Assembly: GCA_964482715.1 (NCBI GenBank)
Contig: CAYZYX010000010.1
Span: 1-49,810, forward strand
Source of the DNA: an uncultured Clostridia bacterium
GTDB lineage: Bacteria > Aerophobota > Aerophobia > Aerophobales > B3-G15
Length of the DNA stretch: 49,810 nucleotides
Direction of reading: 5' to 3'
Shown here: positions 1-8,193 of the stretch, piece after piece
Position numbering within the stretch: position 1 is the stretch's first letter
Layout of the letters: every line of letters starts with the position of its first letter
The notes under the pieces: model-generated
What the model saw: only the letters and a program-made list of their open reading frames with translations
The model's database searches: none
Told to the model about the DNA's origin: nothing
Translations under genes and position numbers: made by a program

Positions 1-2
1 GT

Positions 3-734
3 CTTGAGTCAGGTGCTGCCAGTGGATGGCCTGGAACTGACTGGATTGAAGATATCATGCTTAGAATTGCATCACCGGAGGTTTACGACAAGTGGGTCAA
101 TCATGAGATAAGCTGGCTACATCCTGCGGTTAAGCGAGCCTGGCAACTTTTTGGTCAGATTGCACGAAACGAAAGGTATGTATACGGAGGAACATCAACG
201 GCCCTTACTCTCAATTTTGGTGAGGCTCCCAATATGCTATTCACCACACCACCCAAAGCCTATATGCATAAACAGGCCACTTTTATCAAAAGCTTTATCC
301 TGAAATACAATCCTGACCTTGTTCCTGGCAAGGATTTTAGCTTTTTCCCCTTTCCATCTATTGATCCGGAATATGGAACTCCCGCTTTAGGAGCTGCTGA
401 TATGTTTGCCATGTTCAATGATACTCCACAGGCGAGAGCTCTTATGCGTTATCTGGCAACTGCAGGTGTTCAGGAGATCTGGGTTGCTCAGCTTGGTAAA
501 CTTTCCGCTAACAGGAAGGTAAATCCCAACGCTTACCCCGATGATCTCACCAGAAGAGCTGCTAAAATACTGGCAAGTTCCGAGACGTTCAGGTTTGATG
601 CATCTGATCTTATGCCTGCCGCTGTAGGTTCTGGTTCTTTCTGGACCGGGATACTTGATTATGTGGGAGGTGAGGATCTTGATTCTGTCCTTAAGAGAAT
701 TGAAGAGGTAGCTGCAGAAGCCTACAAAGGATAA
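3..734 (+). CDS. Sugar ABC transporter substrate-binding protein, alpha-glucoside (AglE-like), 5'-truncated by window edge
   Basis: Open frame from position 3: LESGAASGWPGTDWIEDIMLR ... FRFDASDLMPAAVG, typical of AglE-like binding proteins; followed by two permeases. Confidence 0.85.
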   Translation, partial: LESGAASGWPGTDWIEDIMLRIASPEVYDKWVNHEISWLHPAVKRAWQLFGQIARNERYVYGGTSTALTLNFGEAPNMLFTTPPKAYMHKQATFIKSFILKYNPDLVPGKDFSFFPFPSIDPEYGTPALGAADMFAMFNDTPQARALMRYLATAGVQEIWVAQLGKLSANRKVNPNAYPDDLTRRAAKILASSETFRFDASDLMPAAVGSGSFWTGILDYVGGEDLDSVLKRIEEVAAEAYKG

Positions 735-740
735 ATTTTT

Positions 741-773
741 ATCCCCTGCCCTTCAGAAGAAGGGTGGGGGGAT
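741..773 (+). other. Intercistronic stem-loop after the binding-protein gene (probable mRNA stabiliser/attenuator)
   Basis: ATCCCCTGCCCTTC-AGAA-GAAGGGTGGGGGGAT; no following U-tract. Confidence 0.6.
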
Positions 774-783
774 ACGAAGATAA

Positions 784-1644
784 ATGTACACAAAAAAGAT
801 AGTTCCATGGTTATACCTTTCTCCAGCCCTGATCATTCTGGGTTTTTTCCTGATATATCCTTCTATTCACACATTTTACCTTTCTTTTTTTGATAGAAGC
901 TCCAGAAGTTTTACAGGTTTAAGTAACTACATTTACGTCTTTTCAAACAGGGTTATGCTTACAGCATTCCGCAATAACGCACTCTGGGTAGCTGTTTTTA
1001 CCATTTTGACTGTTTTCTTGGGGCTTGTTTTTGCTGTGCTTTTCGACAGGGTGAAGTATGAGGTCGTTGTGAAGTCAATAGTCTTCATGCCCATGGCTAT
1101 ATCTTTTGTCAGTGCAAGCGTTATATGGAAATTTGTCTATGCTTACAAGCCCGCCGGAACTTCTCAAATTGGTATCCTTAATGCTTTTTTAAGGATGTTT
1201 GGCAGGTCTCCTGTAGCCTGGTTGATTGAACGACCTTTGATTAACAATCTCTGTCTTATAGTTGTTGGTGTGTGGGTCTGGACAGGATTCTGTGTGGTTG
1301 TTCTCTCAGCATCATATAAAGCTATTCCCAGGCAGATCTTAGAGGCAGCTCGGGTTGATGGAGCTGGGGAGTGGAAGATATTCTGGCGGGTTATTTTCCC
1401 ACTACTCATACCAACTCTCACCGTGCTTGCCACCACTATGGTTGTATTTGTTCTCAAGGTGTTTGATATTGTATATGTTATGACCAACGGTAATTTTGGC
1501 ACCGAAGTTATTGCCAATCGTATGTACAAAGAGATGTTCCAGTTTAGAAATTTTGGCAGGTCAAGTGCCATCGCTGTAATTTTGCTTTTGCTTGTTACTC
1601 CCATGATGCTTGTTAATTTACGCCGATTTAGAAAGGAAGAATAA
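784..1644 (+). CDS. Carbohydrate ABC transporter permease (MalF/AglF-like)
   Basis: Multiple TM segments; EAA motif LEAARVDGA. Confidence 0.92.
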   Translation: MYTKKIVPWLYLSPALIILGFFLIYPSIHTFYLSFFDRSSRSFTGLSNYIYVFSNRVMLTAFRNNALWVAVFTILTVFLGLVFAVLFDRVKYEVVVKSIVFMPMAISFVSASVIWKFVYAYKPAGTSQIGILNAFLRMFGRSPVAWLIERPLINNLCLIVVGVWVWTGFCVVVLSASYKAIPRQILEAARVDGAGEWKIFWRVIFPLLIPTLTVLATTMVVFVLKVFDIVYVMTNGNFGTEVIANRMYKEMFQFRNFGRSSAIAVILLLLVTPMMLVNLRRFRKEE

Positions 1645-1646
1645 CC

Positions 1647-2507
1647 ATGACAGAAAAAATGAGCAAGATATTTTCTCGCACAGCTTTACACACTGTGGTT
1701 ATCCTTATTGCCATTTTGTGGTTTGTTCCAACAATAGGAGTGCTGGTAACCTCTTTTAGACCTGCCCAGGACGTGGCACAAAGTGGTTGGTGGACAGTTC
1801 TCGGGGGTATATTCGATTCTGTGCGTTTTACCTTACACAATTACAGGATGGTTTTAAGTAAGCTGGGTATAGGGAGAGCTTTTTTAAACAGTTTCATTAT
1901 AACTATCCCTGCGACTTTGATACCACTGGGAATTGCACTTTTTGCGGCATACGCCATCTCCTGCATGAGATTTTTTGCTCGGGAAGCTGTTTTCATGCTT
2001 ATGATAGCACTTTTAGTGGTTCCTCTCCAGATGACTTTTATTCCAATTTTGCGTATTTTCAGCAAAACAGACCTTGCCGGCACTTTTCCTGGAATCTGGT
2101 TAGCTCACACCGGCTATGGACTTCCCCTTGCCATATACATGCTGTACAATTACATCTCTGGATTACCAGAAGAGCTTTTTGACTCTGCCTCCATAGATGG
2201 AGCAAATCATTTTTACATTTTCCTGCGTATTGTTTTGCCACTTTCTGTACCTATTGTTGCCTCACTCACCATTTTCCAGTTTCTGTGGGTCTGGAATGAT
2301 CTTCTCGTTGCTCTTATTTATCTTGGAGGAACAGCTGATGTGGCCCCTATTACTGTTCAGATAAGCAGTTTGGTTGGGTCCTATGGTCAGGACTGGGAAA
2401 TTCTCACTGCAGCGGTATTTATCTCCATTATTCCCTCACTCCTGGTCTTTTTCAGTCTGCAACGTTATTTTGTAAGAGGTATTTTAGCAGGGTCAATTAA
2501 GGGATAG
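1647..2507 (+). CDS. Carbohydrate ABC transporter permease (MalG/AglG-like)
   Basis: EAA-like DSASIDGA; FQFLWVWNDLL; QRYFVRGILAGSIKG C-terminus. Confidence 0.92.
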   Translation: MTEKMSKIFSRTALHTVVILIAILWFVPTIGVLVTSFRPAQDVAQSGWWTVLGGIFDSVRFTLHNYRMVLSKLGIGRAFLNSFIITIPATLIPLGIALFAAYAISCMRFFAREAVFMLMIALLVVPLQMTFIPILRIFSKTDLAGTFPGIWLAHTGYGLPLAIYMLYNYISGLPEELFDSASIDGANHFYIFLRIVLPLSVPIVASLTIFQFLWVWNDLLVALIYLGGTADVAPITVQISSLVGSYGQDWEILTAAVFISIIPSLLVFFSLQRYFVRGILAGSIKG

Positions 2508-2516
2508 ATAAAAAAC

Positions 2517-3728
2517 ATGAGGTATTTAAATCTCAAAATGTACGAGGAGATAGTTGGGCGTAGCGAGATTGAAGAGATACTCGATCTCGCTGATAAACTT
2601 AAAGGAATTTCCGTAGTTCATATTAACTCAACACGGAAGGGTGGGGGAGTAGCAGAGATATTACAAAGCCTTGTGCCTTTGTTTAATCTTGTAGGGATTA
2701 ACTGTCGCTGGGAGGTTATTGAGGGAACAGAGAGGTTTTTTCAAATCACCAAGCTTTTCCACAATTTACTGCAAGGTCTTGTTGTACAAGGAGAAAATAT
2801 AACTCAAGATATGCTGGATGAATACATAAGGGTAAATGAGAGCAACATTAAAAAAATTAACCTTATCTCTGATATAGTAATTATTCACGATCCCCAACCT
2901 GCACCTCTAATTGAGGCCAGGAAAAATAACAGGTGGATATGGAGATGTCACATAGACCTTTCCAATCCAGATAAAAGAATCTGGGATTTCCTATCCACTT
3001 ACATTAAAAGGTACGACGCTGCTATATTTTCCATGCAGGAGTTTGTTCAACCACTTCCTTTTACCTCTTACATAGTAGCTCCCTCTATAGATCCTCTTAG
3101 CGAGAAAAACAGGGATCTTTCTATCAGACAGATAGCCGGTATCCTCAAAAGATTAGATGTTTTACCCAAAAAGCCTGTTTTGCTTCAGGTTTCCCGTTTT
3201 GATTATTTCAAAGATCCTTCAGGAGTCATTAAGGTTTACCGGAAGGTAAAAAAGAAGCTGGAGTGTCAGCTCATTCTGGCAGGGGGCGAGGCAACGGACG
3301 ACCCGGAAAGTTCAAAGGTTTTAAGACAGGTTCAAAAGGAAGCCCGGGCTGACCCTGATATTCACATATTAAACCTTCCTCCTGACAGTTTCGTTGAGAT
3401 AAATGCCCTGCAGAGAAGTGCAGATGTTGTAATTCAAAAATCCTTAAGAGAGGGGTTTGGATTGACAGTCACCGAATCCCTATGGAAATCCCGTCCCGTA
3501 GTTGGAGCTAATGTTGGAGGAATAAGATTGCAGATAAAAGATGGCGAAAACGGATTTTTGATCAACTCAGTTGAAGAGGCAGTAGATAAGGTTGAGTATC
3601 TTTTGAAAAACCCCTCCTTTGCCCGCAAAATGGGTGAAATTGGCAGAAAAACCGTTAAAGACAGGTTTCTTATTACCCGTCACCTGAAGGATTATCTAAG
3701 ACTCCTCACAGATATCTCCCAGAAATGA
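2517..3728 (+). CDS. treT: Trehalose glycosyl-transferring synthase (GT4)
   Basis: HINST..GGGVAEIL, HDPQP, WRCHID, VSRFD..KD, EGFGLTVTE motifs. Confidence 0.85.
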   Translation: MRYLNLKMYEEIVGRSEIEEILDLADKLKGISVVHINSTRKGGGVAEILQSLVPLFNLVGINCRWEVIEGTERFFQITKLFHNLLQGLVVQGENITQDMLDEYIRVNESNIKKINLISDIVIIHDPQPAPLIEARKNNRWIWRCHIDLSNPDKRIWDFLSTYIKRYDAAIFSMQEFVQPLPFTSYIVAPSIDPLSEKNRDLSIRQIAGILKRLDVLPKKPVLLQVSRFDYFKDPSGVIKVYRKVKKKLECQLILAGGEATDDPESSKVLRQVQKEARADPDIHILNLPPDSFVEINALQRSADVVIQKSLREGFGLTVTESLWKSRPVVGANVGGIRLQIKDGENGFLINSVEEAVDKVEYLLKNPSFARKMGEIGRKTVKDRFLITRHLKDYLRLLTDISQK

Positions 3729-3763
3729 AGCCAAAATTTCCCCTCAGTTTAATTTAAGATAAT

Positions 3764-4522
3764 TTAAGAGAGACTCTCTTGAACGATTTTTTTGAGTTGA
3801 TTTTCCCATACAACATGGGTATCAAAGTGTTGATTGGGATCACGAAAGAGAATATAGGCCCAGTAAATACCAAATATGCCCAGGGTGATAATGGAAAGGA
3901 AAATATAGAGCCCATATCTTCTGCGTGGTAAGGGGCTGGAAATAGAAGCATCAAAGGTGATTCCTTTTTTTTTCAAGAGTTCACCGAGTTTCTGAAAGAA
4001 GGGAATTTCTCCCTGTTCATGGTAGTGGTAGTCAACAGTCAAATAATAAAGCACAATGAGACCAAAAATAACAGCCAGAACAGTAAAAACCGCAAAGATG
4101 GGAGAAACTCTTACAAGGTTTCCAAGATAACTGAATATGAGCCACAGAAAAAAAAGGTATTTAGAACGGTATCTTTCTCTTTTGGCTATAACAGGGTCAA
4201 CCTCTTTAAGAGTTGTCGTCTCCTCATTTAACTTTTCTTTCACCAGCTCACATAACCTGTTCTTTAATTTTTTTATTCTTTCGAAATGTTCATTGCGCCT
4301 TTTGTAGAGAAGCCAGTTGTACCACCATATGTAAATAGCTACAAGAAGCATCACTATAGTTGATACGATGACACCTGTAGTTATCCCGGCAAAAAGCGAA
4401 CTGAGAAAAGAAGTTACAATTGCAAGGGCAATAATGATGACAAGGAAAACAAGGTATAACCCGAAGGAGAGTTTTTTATCCGTTCGACCCCTTTCATCCA
4501 GTTCCTTAATTTGTTCTGCCAT
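3764..4522 (-). CDS. Membrane protein, DUF4234-like C-terminus
   Basis: Several TM helices; LSIITLGIFGIYW motif; SD AAGGAGG upstream of ATG. Confidence 0.7.
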   Translation of the reverse strand: MAEQIKELDERGRTDKKLSFGLYLVFLVIIIALAIVTSFLSSLFAGITTGVIVSTIVMLLVAIYIWWYNWLLYKRRNEHFERIKKLKNRLCELVKEKLNEETTTLKEVDPVIAKRERYRSKYLFFLWLIFSYLGNLVRVSPIFAVFTVLAVIFGLIVLYYLTVDYHYHEQGEIPFFQKLGELLKKKGITFDASISSPLPRRRYGLYIFLSIITLGIFGIYWAYILFRDPNQHFDTHVVWENQLKKIVQESLS

Positions 4523-4662
4523 AATAGGCCTCCTTTTTTAATTTTTTAGCCATCCTGCCTTCATTAGCTCCGGCAATGATTTTCTCCTTCTCCAGAGACC
4601 GGGCATTTACTTTCACTATCCAAAACCCGGAACTCATCAGCATCAGAAAAATTCAGTATGCT

Positions 4663-5082
4663 TCAGTATGTGGACTTTTCCTTGCTTAACTCTTCTATCC
4701 TTTTCTCCAGCTGATCAATTCTTGTCTTTAAAAGCTCAACTTCTTTCCTTATCTGCCTGATCATCTCTAACTCTTCTGATATACTTTCCTGACAGGCTTT
4801 GATAAGAGAGAGGATCTGTTACATGTTGATTTTTGAAGATTTCTCCTCTTCACTTCCCAGCTTATATACAGGTTCAGGTTCCAGGTAGTTCCTGATAAAA
4901 AGCCAGTCTATGACATACTCTGACCACCCCGAACAACTACTCCTACTTTTTTTGGGGTACTATCTATCCAGTTTAATGGCATAGATAATTTCACTCCACC
5001 CCTCTCTTTAAACTATAAAAATAGGTTTTTGTATCATGGTTTTTTGTTCATCAAATTCCTCTAAAAGTTTATCCTGTTTTAC
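4663..5082 (-). pseudogene. Decayed gene remnant (DUF2341-associated motif plus coiled coil)
   Basis: One minus-strand frame reads VKQDKLLEEFDEQKTMIQKPIFIV*REGWSEIIYAIKLDR*...EYVIDWLFIRNYLEPEPVYKLGSEEE...NM*QILSLIKACQESISEELEMIRQIRKEVELLKTRIDQLEKRIEELSKEKSTY*, with three internal stops. Confidence 0.5.
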
Positions 5083-5089
5083 CTACCCA

Positions 5090-5117
5090 ATCTTACCACA
5101 ATTTGTTTTTAAGGCAA
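5090..5117 (-). promoter_or_regulatory. Sigma70-type promoter facing the remnant and the DUF4234 gene
   Basis: TTGCCT-16 nt-TAAGAT with TGTG extended -10 on the minus strand. Confidence 0.5.
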
Positions 5118-5400
5118 ATGAAATTTAGAGCTTCCTATTGTGCACCTTTTTAGTTGAAAAAGAGGTTTAGAAACCCCCGGCTGTACCGGACTTGCCTGCC
5201 GGTATTTTGTTTGATACAATAAGCTAAATCCGTAGCTTCTGGTCCTGTAGTTTTAAACCAGGAAGAAAAATGGGAAAAAACTTGGTTTTACTCCCAAGAA
5301 AGCAGGAGAAAATATAAAGGTTCGATTTCTCCTTTTCAGAGATGATCAACCTGAACCTTACAGGAGCTTACATCTCTGGATTAATGTGACCGAGAAGAGT

Positions 5401-5429
5401 TTGACATAAGGCTTCCTTTATGGTAGCAT
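5401..5429 (+). promoter_or_regulatory. Sigma70-type promoter upstream of the structured RNA and mobB
   Basis: TTGACA(5401)-17 nt-TAGCAT(5424) with TGn extended -10. Confidence 0.7.
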
Positions 5430-5435
5430 CAAACA

Positions 5436-5626
5436 GACTTAACACCCGGATATCCGAGAATAGAAGGCTCCCGGAGATACCTTGTAAGGAAGCCTCTTTT
5501 TGGTGAGCAGCTTACTTTTACATGGTAGAAACTTTGCACCCACAAAAAGGAAAGGCCTGCTGCACTAAAATAATAGGTGAGATACCGGGAGCCTGTGAGA
5601 GAGAAGTTAGTAAGATTGGCCTTTTT
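5436..5626 (+). ncRNA. Candidate structured RNA (6S-like rod or mobB leader)
   Basis: Nested pairings AGGCTCCCGG/CCGGGAGCCT, ACCT/AGGT, central bubble, GCCT/AGGC, CTTTTTG/CAAAAAG, TTTTAC/GTAGAA; directly downstream of a promoter. Confidence 0.4.
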
Positions 5627-5642
5627 GTCAGGTAGAGGGAAG

Positions 5643-6173
5643 GTGAATTACAGGGAAGCTCACAAACCTTTTATTTTAGGAATAGTTGGAAAATCAGATA
5701 CAGGTAAAACCACCCTTATTTTAAAACTTGTACCAGAGTTTGTAAAAAGAGGATACAGGGTAGGGGTAGTTAAAAACTGCCCTCATGGTTTTGAGATAGA
5801 CAGGAAGGGGAAAGATTCCTGGAAGTTCTCCCAGGCTGGAAGCCAGGGAGTGCTTCTAACTTCCCCGGAAAGATTCGCTTTTTTAAGGGAAGAAAAAGAG
5901 GACATTAAAAAGATTCCACAGATTATTTCTTTACTTTTCCATGGATTTGATATAGTATTGGTGGAAGGATACAGTAATCTGCAATGGATTGAGAAAATAG
6001 AGCTTTTACGAAGAGGAATCAGTGAAATAAAAGATCCTTCTTTAAAGAAGGTTGTTGCCTTTGTAAGTGATATAAATATAAAAGAAGATAAACCTGTTTT
6101 TAGACCGGAGGAAATTGATAAAATCTGTGATTGGGTGGAGAAAAAAATGAAAGAGGTGGAAAAAACAGAGTGA
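5643..6173 (+). CDS. mobB: Molybdopterin-guanine dinucleotide biosynthesis protein B
   Basis: GIVGKSDTGKTTL P-loop, HGFEID..GKDS, DIVLVEGY; GTG at 5643 after GAGGG preferred over 5577. Confidence 0.85.
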   Translation: MNYREAHKPFILGIVGKSDTGKTTLILKLVPEFVKRGYRVGVVKNCPHGFEIDRKGKDSWKFSQAGSQGVLLTSPERFAFLREEKEDIKKIPQIISLLFHGFDIVLVEGYSNLQWIEKIELLRRGISEIKDPSLKKVVAFVSDINIKEDKPVFRPEEIDKICDWVEKKMKEVEKTE

Positions 6174-6346
6174 TACAAAAAAGAGTGCAGAGATAGCTGA
6201 CAATGGTGAGAGACTGTCCCTTAAATTTTTTCAAAGTATGATTAAAAACTTAGCCTTAAGAGTAGTTGAGTCTTTAGAAAGAAAAACCCTGGAATAAAGG
6301 TAAAGCTGCAAGGGAACAAGGTTCTTTTATTTCCAGGGGAGCTGGC

Positions 6347-6451
6347 GTAATTTCTTCGAGCTATTTGCCTACGGGACTTTCCTATGGTAAATAGCCGATA
6401 GGGTACAGTTAGAAATGACTGTGCCTCCCGTGTTTGGAAAGAAGAAATTAC
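6347..6451 (+). promoter_or_regulatory. Moco-family riboswitch aptamer, P3-less (Tuco-type)
   Basis: P1 GTAATTTCTTC/GAAGAAATTAC; CGAG; P2 GCTATTTGCC..CCTATGGTAAATAGC; GGGTACAGTT-AGAAA-TGACTGTGCCT; CCCGTGTTTGGAAA; upstream of tupA. Confidence 0.9.
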
Positions 6452-6460
6452 ATTTTTTTA

Positions 6461-6497
6461 AAAAGCCAATATCTTTCCAAACGATATTGGCTTTTTT
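6461..6497 (+). terminator. Intrinsic terminator of the riboswitch expression platform
   Basis: AAAAGCCAATATC-TTTCCAAAC-GATATTGGCTTTTTT. Confidence 0.85.
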
Positions 6498-6557
6498 GTT
6501 TAAAATGATCGCTAATCCTCATGAAACTCTTTACTCAAAATGAAAAAGGAAAGTGTG

Positions 6558-7493
6558 ATGAAAAAACTGTCTCTATTAGGTATAATCTTTATTTTAGCTT
6601 TTGTATATTTAACTTTTTTTACAGGAGAATCTGCTACAGGCAGCAGCTCTTCATCCTCCAGAAAGGAAAGACTACGTGTAGCCACTACCACCAGTCTTTA
6701 CGATACAGGTCTCTGGGACTATCTTGAGCCTATTTTTGAGAAAAAGTTTAATGTTGAACTTGATGTTATCTATGCTGGCACCGGTATAGCTCTTGAGTAT
6801 GGGAAAAGAGGCGATGTTGACGCACTGGCTATCCATGATAGGGTGCGTGAGGATGAATTTATAAAGCAGGGATACGGGATAAATCGCAGGTGTTTTGCCT
6901 GTAATTACTTTATCATCGTGGGACCAAAAATTGATCCCGCAGGCATAAAAGATATATCTCCAGTAGCTGCTTTTAAAAAACTGATACAGGAAGGTGAAAA
7001 AAATCCTGATAAAGTGAAGTTTATCTCTCGAGGTGATGATTCAGGAACACATGCCAGAGAAAAAAAGATCTGGGAAAAGGCAGGCTATGAATATGACACT
7101 GTTCAAAAATCTGGTCCGTGGTACATAGAGGCAGGTAAGGGAATGGGACCGACACTACTTATGGCAAATGAGATTGGAGCATACACACTTGTTGATACAG
7201 GTACATTTTTAGCTTATAAAGGTAATTTGAGGCTAATTCCCCTGGTTCGAAAGGGAAAAGAACTTCTCAATGTTTATGCAGTTATGGCTGTGAATCCTGA
7301 AAAATATCCCCATGTTAATATTAAAATGGCAAATAATCTGATAAATTTTCTTATATCAGATGAAGGTCAGAAATTAATAGGAGAGTTCGGTGTTGAAAGG
7401 TATGGAACACAGCTTTTCATACCCTGTGGCAGAGGAAAGTGTAAGAAGGTAGGCTGTCCAACATGGAAAGAATGTGCCAAACCTGTCAGGTGA
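6558..7493 (+). CDS. tupA: Tungstate ABC transporter substrate-binding protein
   Basis: Signal peptide MKKLSLL...; ATTTS tungstate signature; FISRGDDSGTH motif; ATG 6558 after AAGGA preferred over 6540. Confidence 0.9.
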   Translation: MKKLSLLGIIFILAFVYLTFFTGESATGSSSSSSRKERLRVATTTSLYDTGLWDYLEPIFEKKFNVELDVIYAGTGIALEYGKRGDVDALAIHDRVREDEFIKQGYGINRRCFACNYFIIVGPKIDPAGIKDISPVAAFKKLIQEGEKNPDKVKFISRGDDSGTHAREKKIWEKAGYEYDTVQKSGPWYIEAGKGMGPTLLMANEIGAYTLVDTGTFLAYKGNLRLIPLVRKGKELLNVYAVMAVNPEKYPHVNIKMANNLINFLISDEGQKLIGEFGVERYGTQLFIPCGRGKCKKVGCPTWKECAKPVR

Positions 7494-7499
7494 GGTACC

Positions 7500-8186
7500 A
7501 TGGGTGAGCTCTGGATAGCTCTCTTAAAGGCATTTGAACTTATATTAAAAAGGGACCCGGAGGTTATGCAGATAACCTTAAGGTCACTACGCATTGCAGC
7601 AACCTCTACCTGCATAGCTTCTCTTGTATGTATCCCTGTTGGTGGACTGATCCACTTTTACAGTTTTCCGGGCAAGCGCATCCTGATCAATATTATTCAG
7701 ACTCTTTACAGTCTTCCAACAGTTTGTGTGGGGCTTTTAGTGTTTGTTCTTTTTTCTCGATCGGGTCCATTTGGAGGACTTGGCATTCTTTTTACCCCAA
7801 CAGCAATTGTTATAGGAGAGGTTATACTTATCACTCCCATACTTCTCGGCCTTACCCTTTCGGCTTTAAGTGGAGTTAACATCTCAATCAGGGATAATGC
7901 TCTATCACTTGGTGCTACAGAATTTCAGGCAATCTGGACTGTTATCAGGGAGGCAAGATTCAGTGTTGTTGCAGCAGTAATTATGGGTTTTGGAAGAGCT
8001 ATTTCCGAGGTAGGTTCTGCCATAATGATTGGGGGAAACATTAAAGGATTTACCAGGGTATTAACCACAGCCATCTCTCTTGAGATACAGAGAGGAGAGC
8101 TGGAGTTTGCCCTTGCCCTGGGAATTATTCTTATCCTTCTGTCACTGGTGGTTAACATTATTATGAATATGATACAACAGAGGTAA
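7500..8186 (+). CDS. tupB: Tungstate ABC transporter permease
   Basis: GFGRAISEVG..IMIGGNI..FTRVLTTAI motif. Confidence 0.9.
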   Translation: MGELWIALLKAFELILKRDPEVMQITLRSLRIAATSTCIASLVCIPVGGLIHFYSFPGKRILINIIQTLYSLPTVCVGLLVFVLFSRSGPFGGLGILFTPTAIVIGEVILITPILLGLTLSALSGVNISIRDNALSLGATEFQAIWTVIREARFSVVAAVIMGFGRAISEVGSAIMIGGNIKGFTRVLTTAISLEIQRGELEFALALGIILILLSLVVNIIMNMIQQR

Positions 8187-8193
8187 TAGCATC

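Noticed and set aside
4663-5082. Stop-codon reassignment as the cause of the in-frame stops
   Set aside because: TAA, TAG and TGA all end conserved genes normally elsewhere in the window
5304-5333. GGTTCGATT resembling a tRNA T-loop
   Set aside because: The flanks do not form a 5-bp T-stem, and there is no cloverleaf or CCA end
5577-5642. N-terminal extension of MobB in the ORF track
   Set aside because: It overlaps the structured RNA arm; GTG 5643 has an SD and gives a normal MobB length
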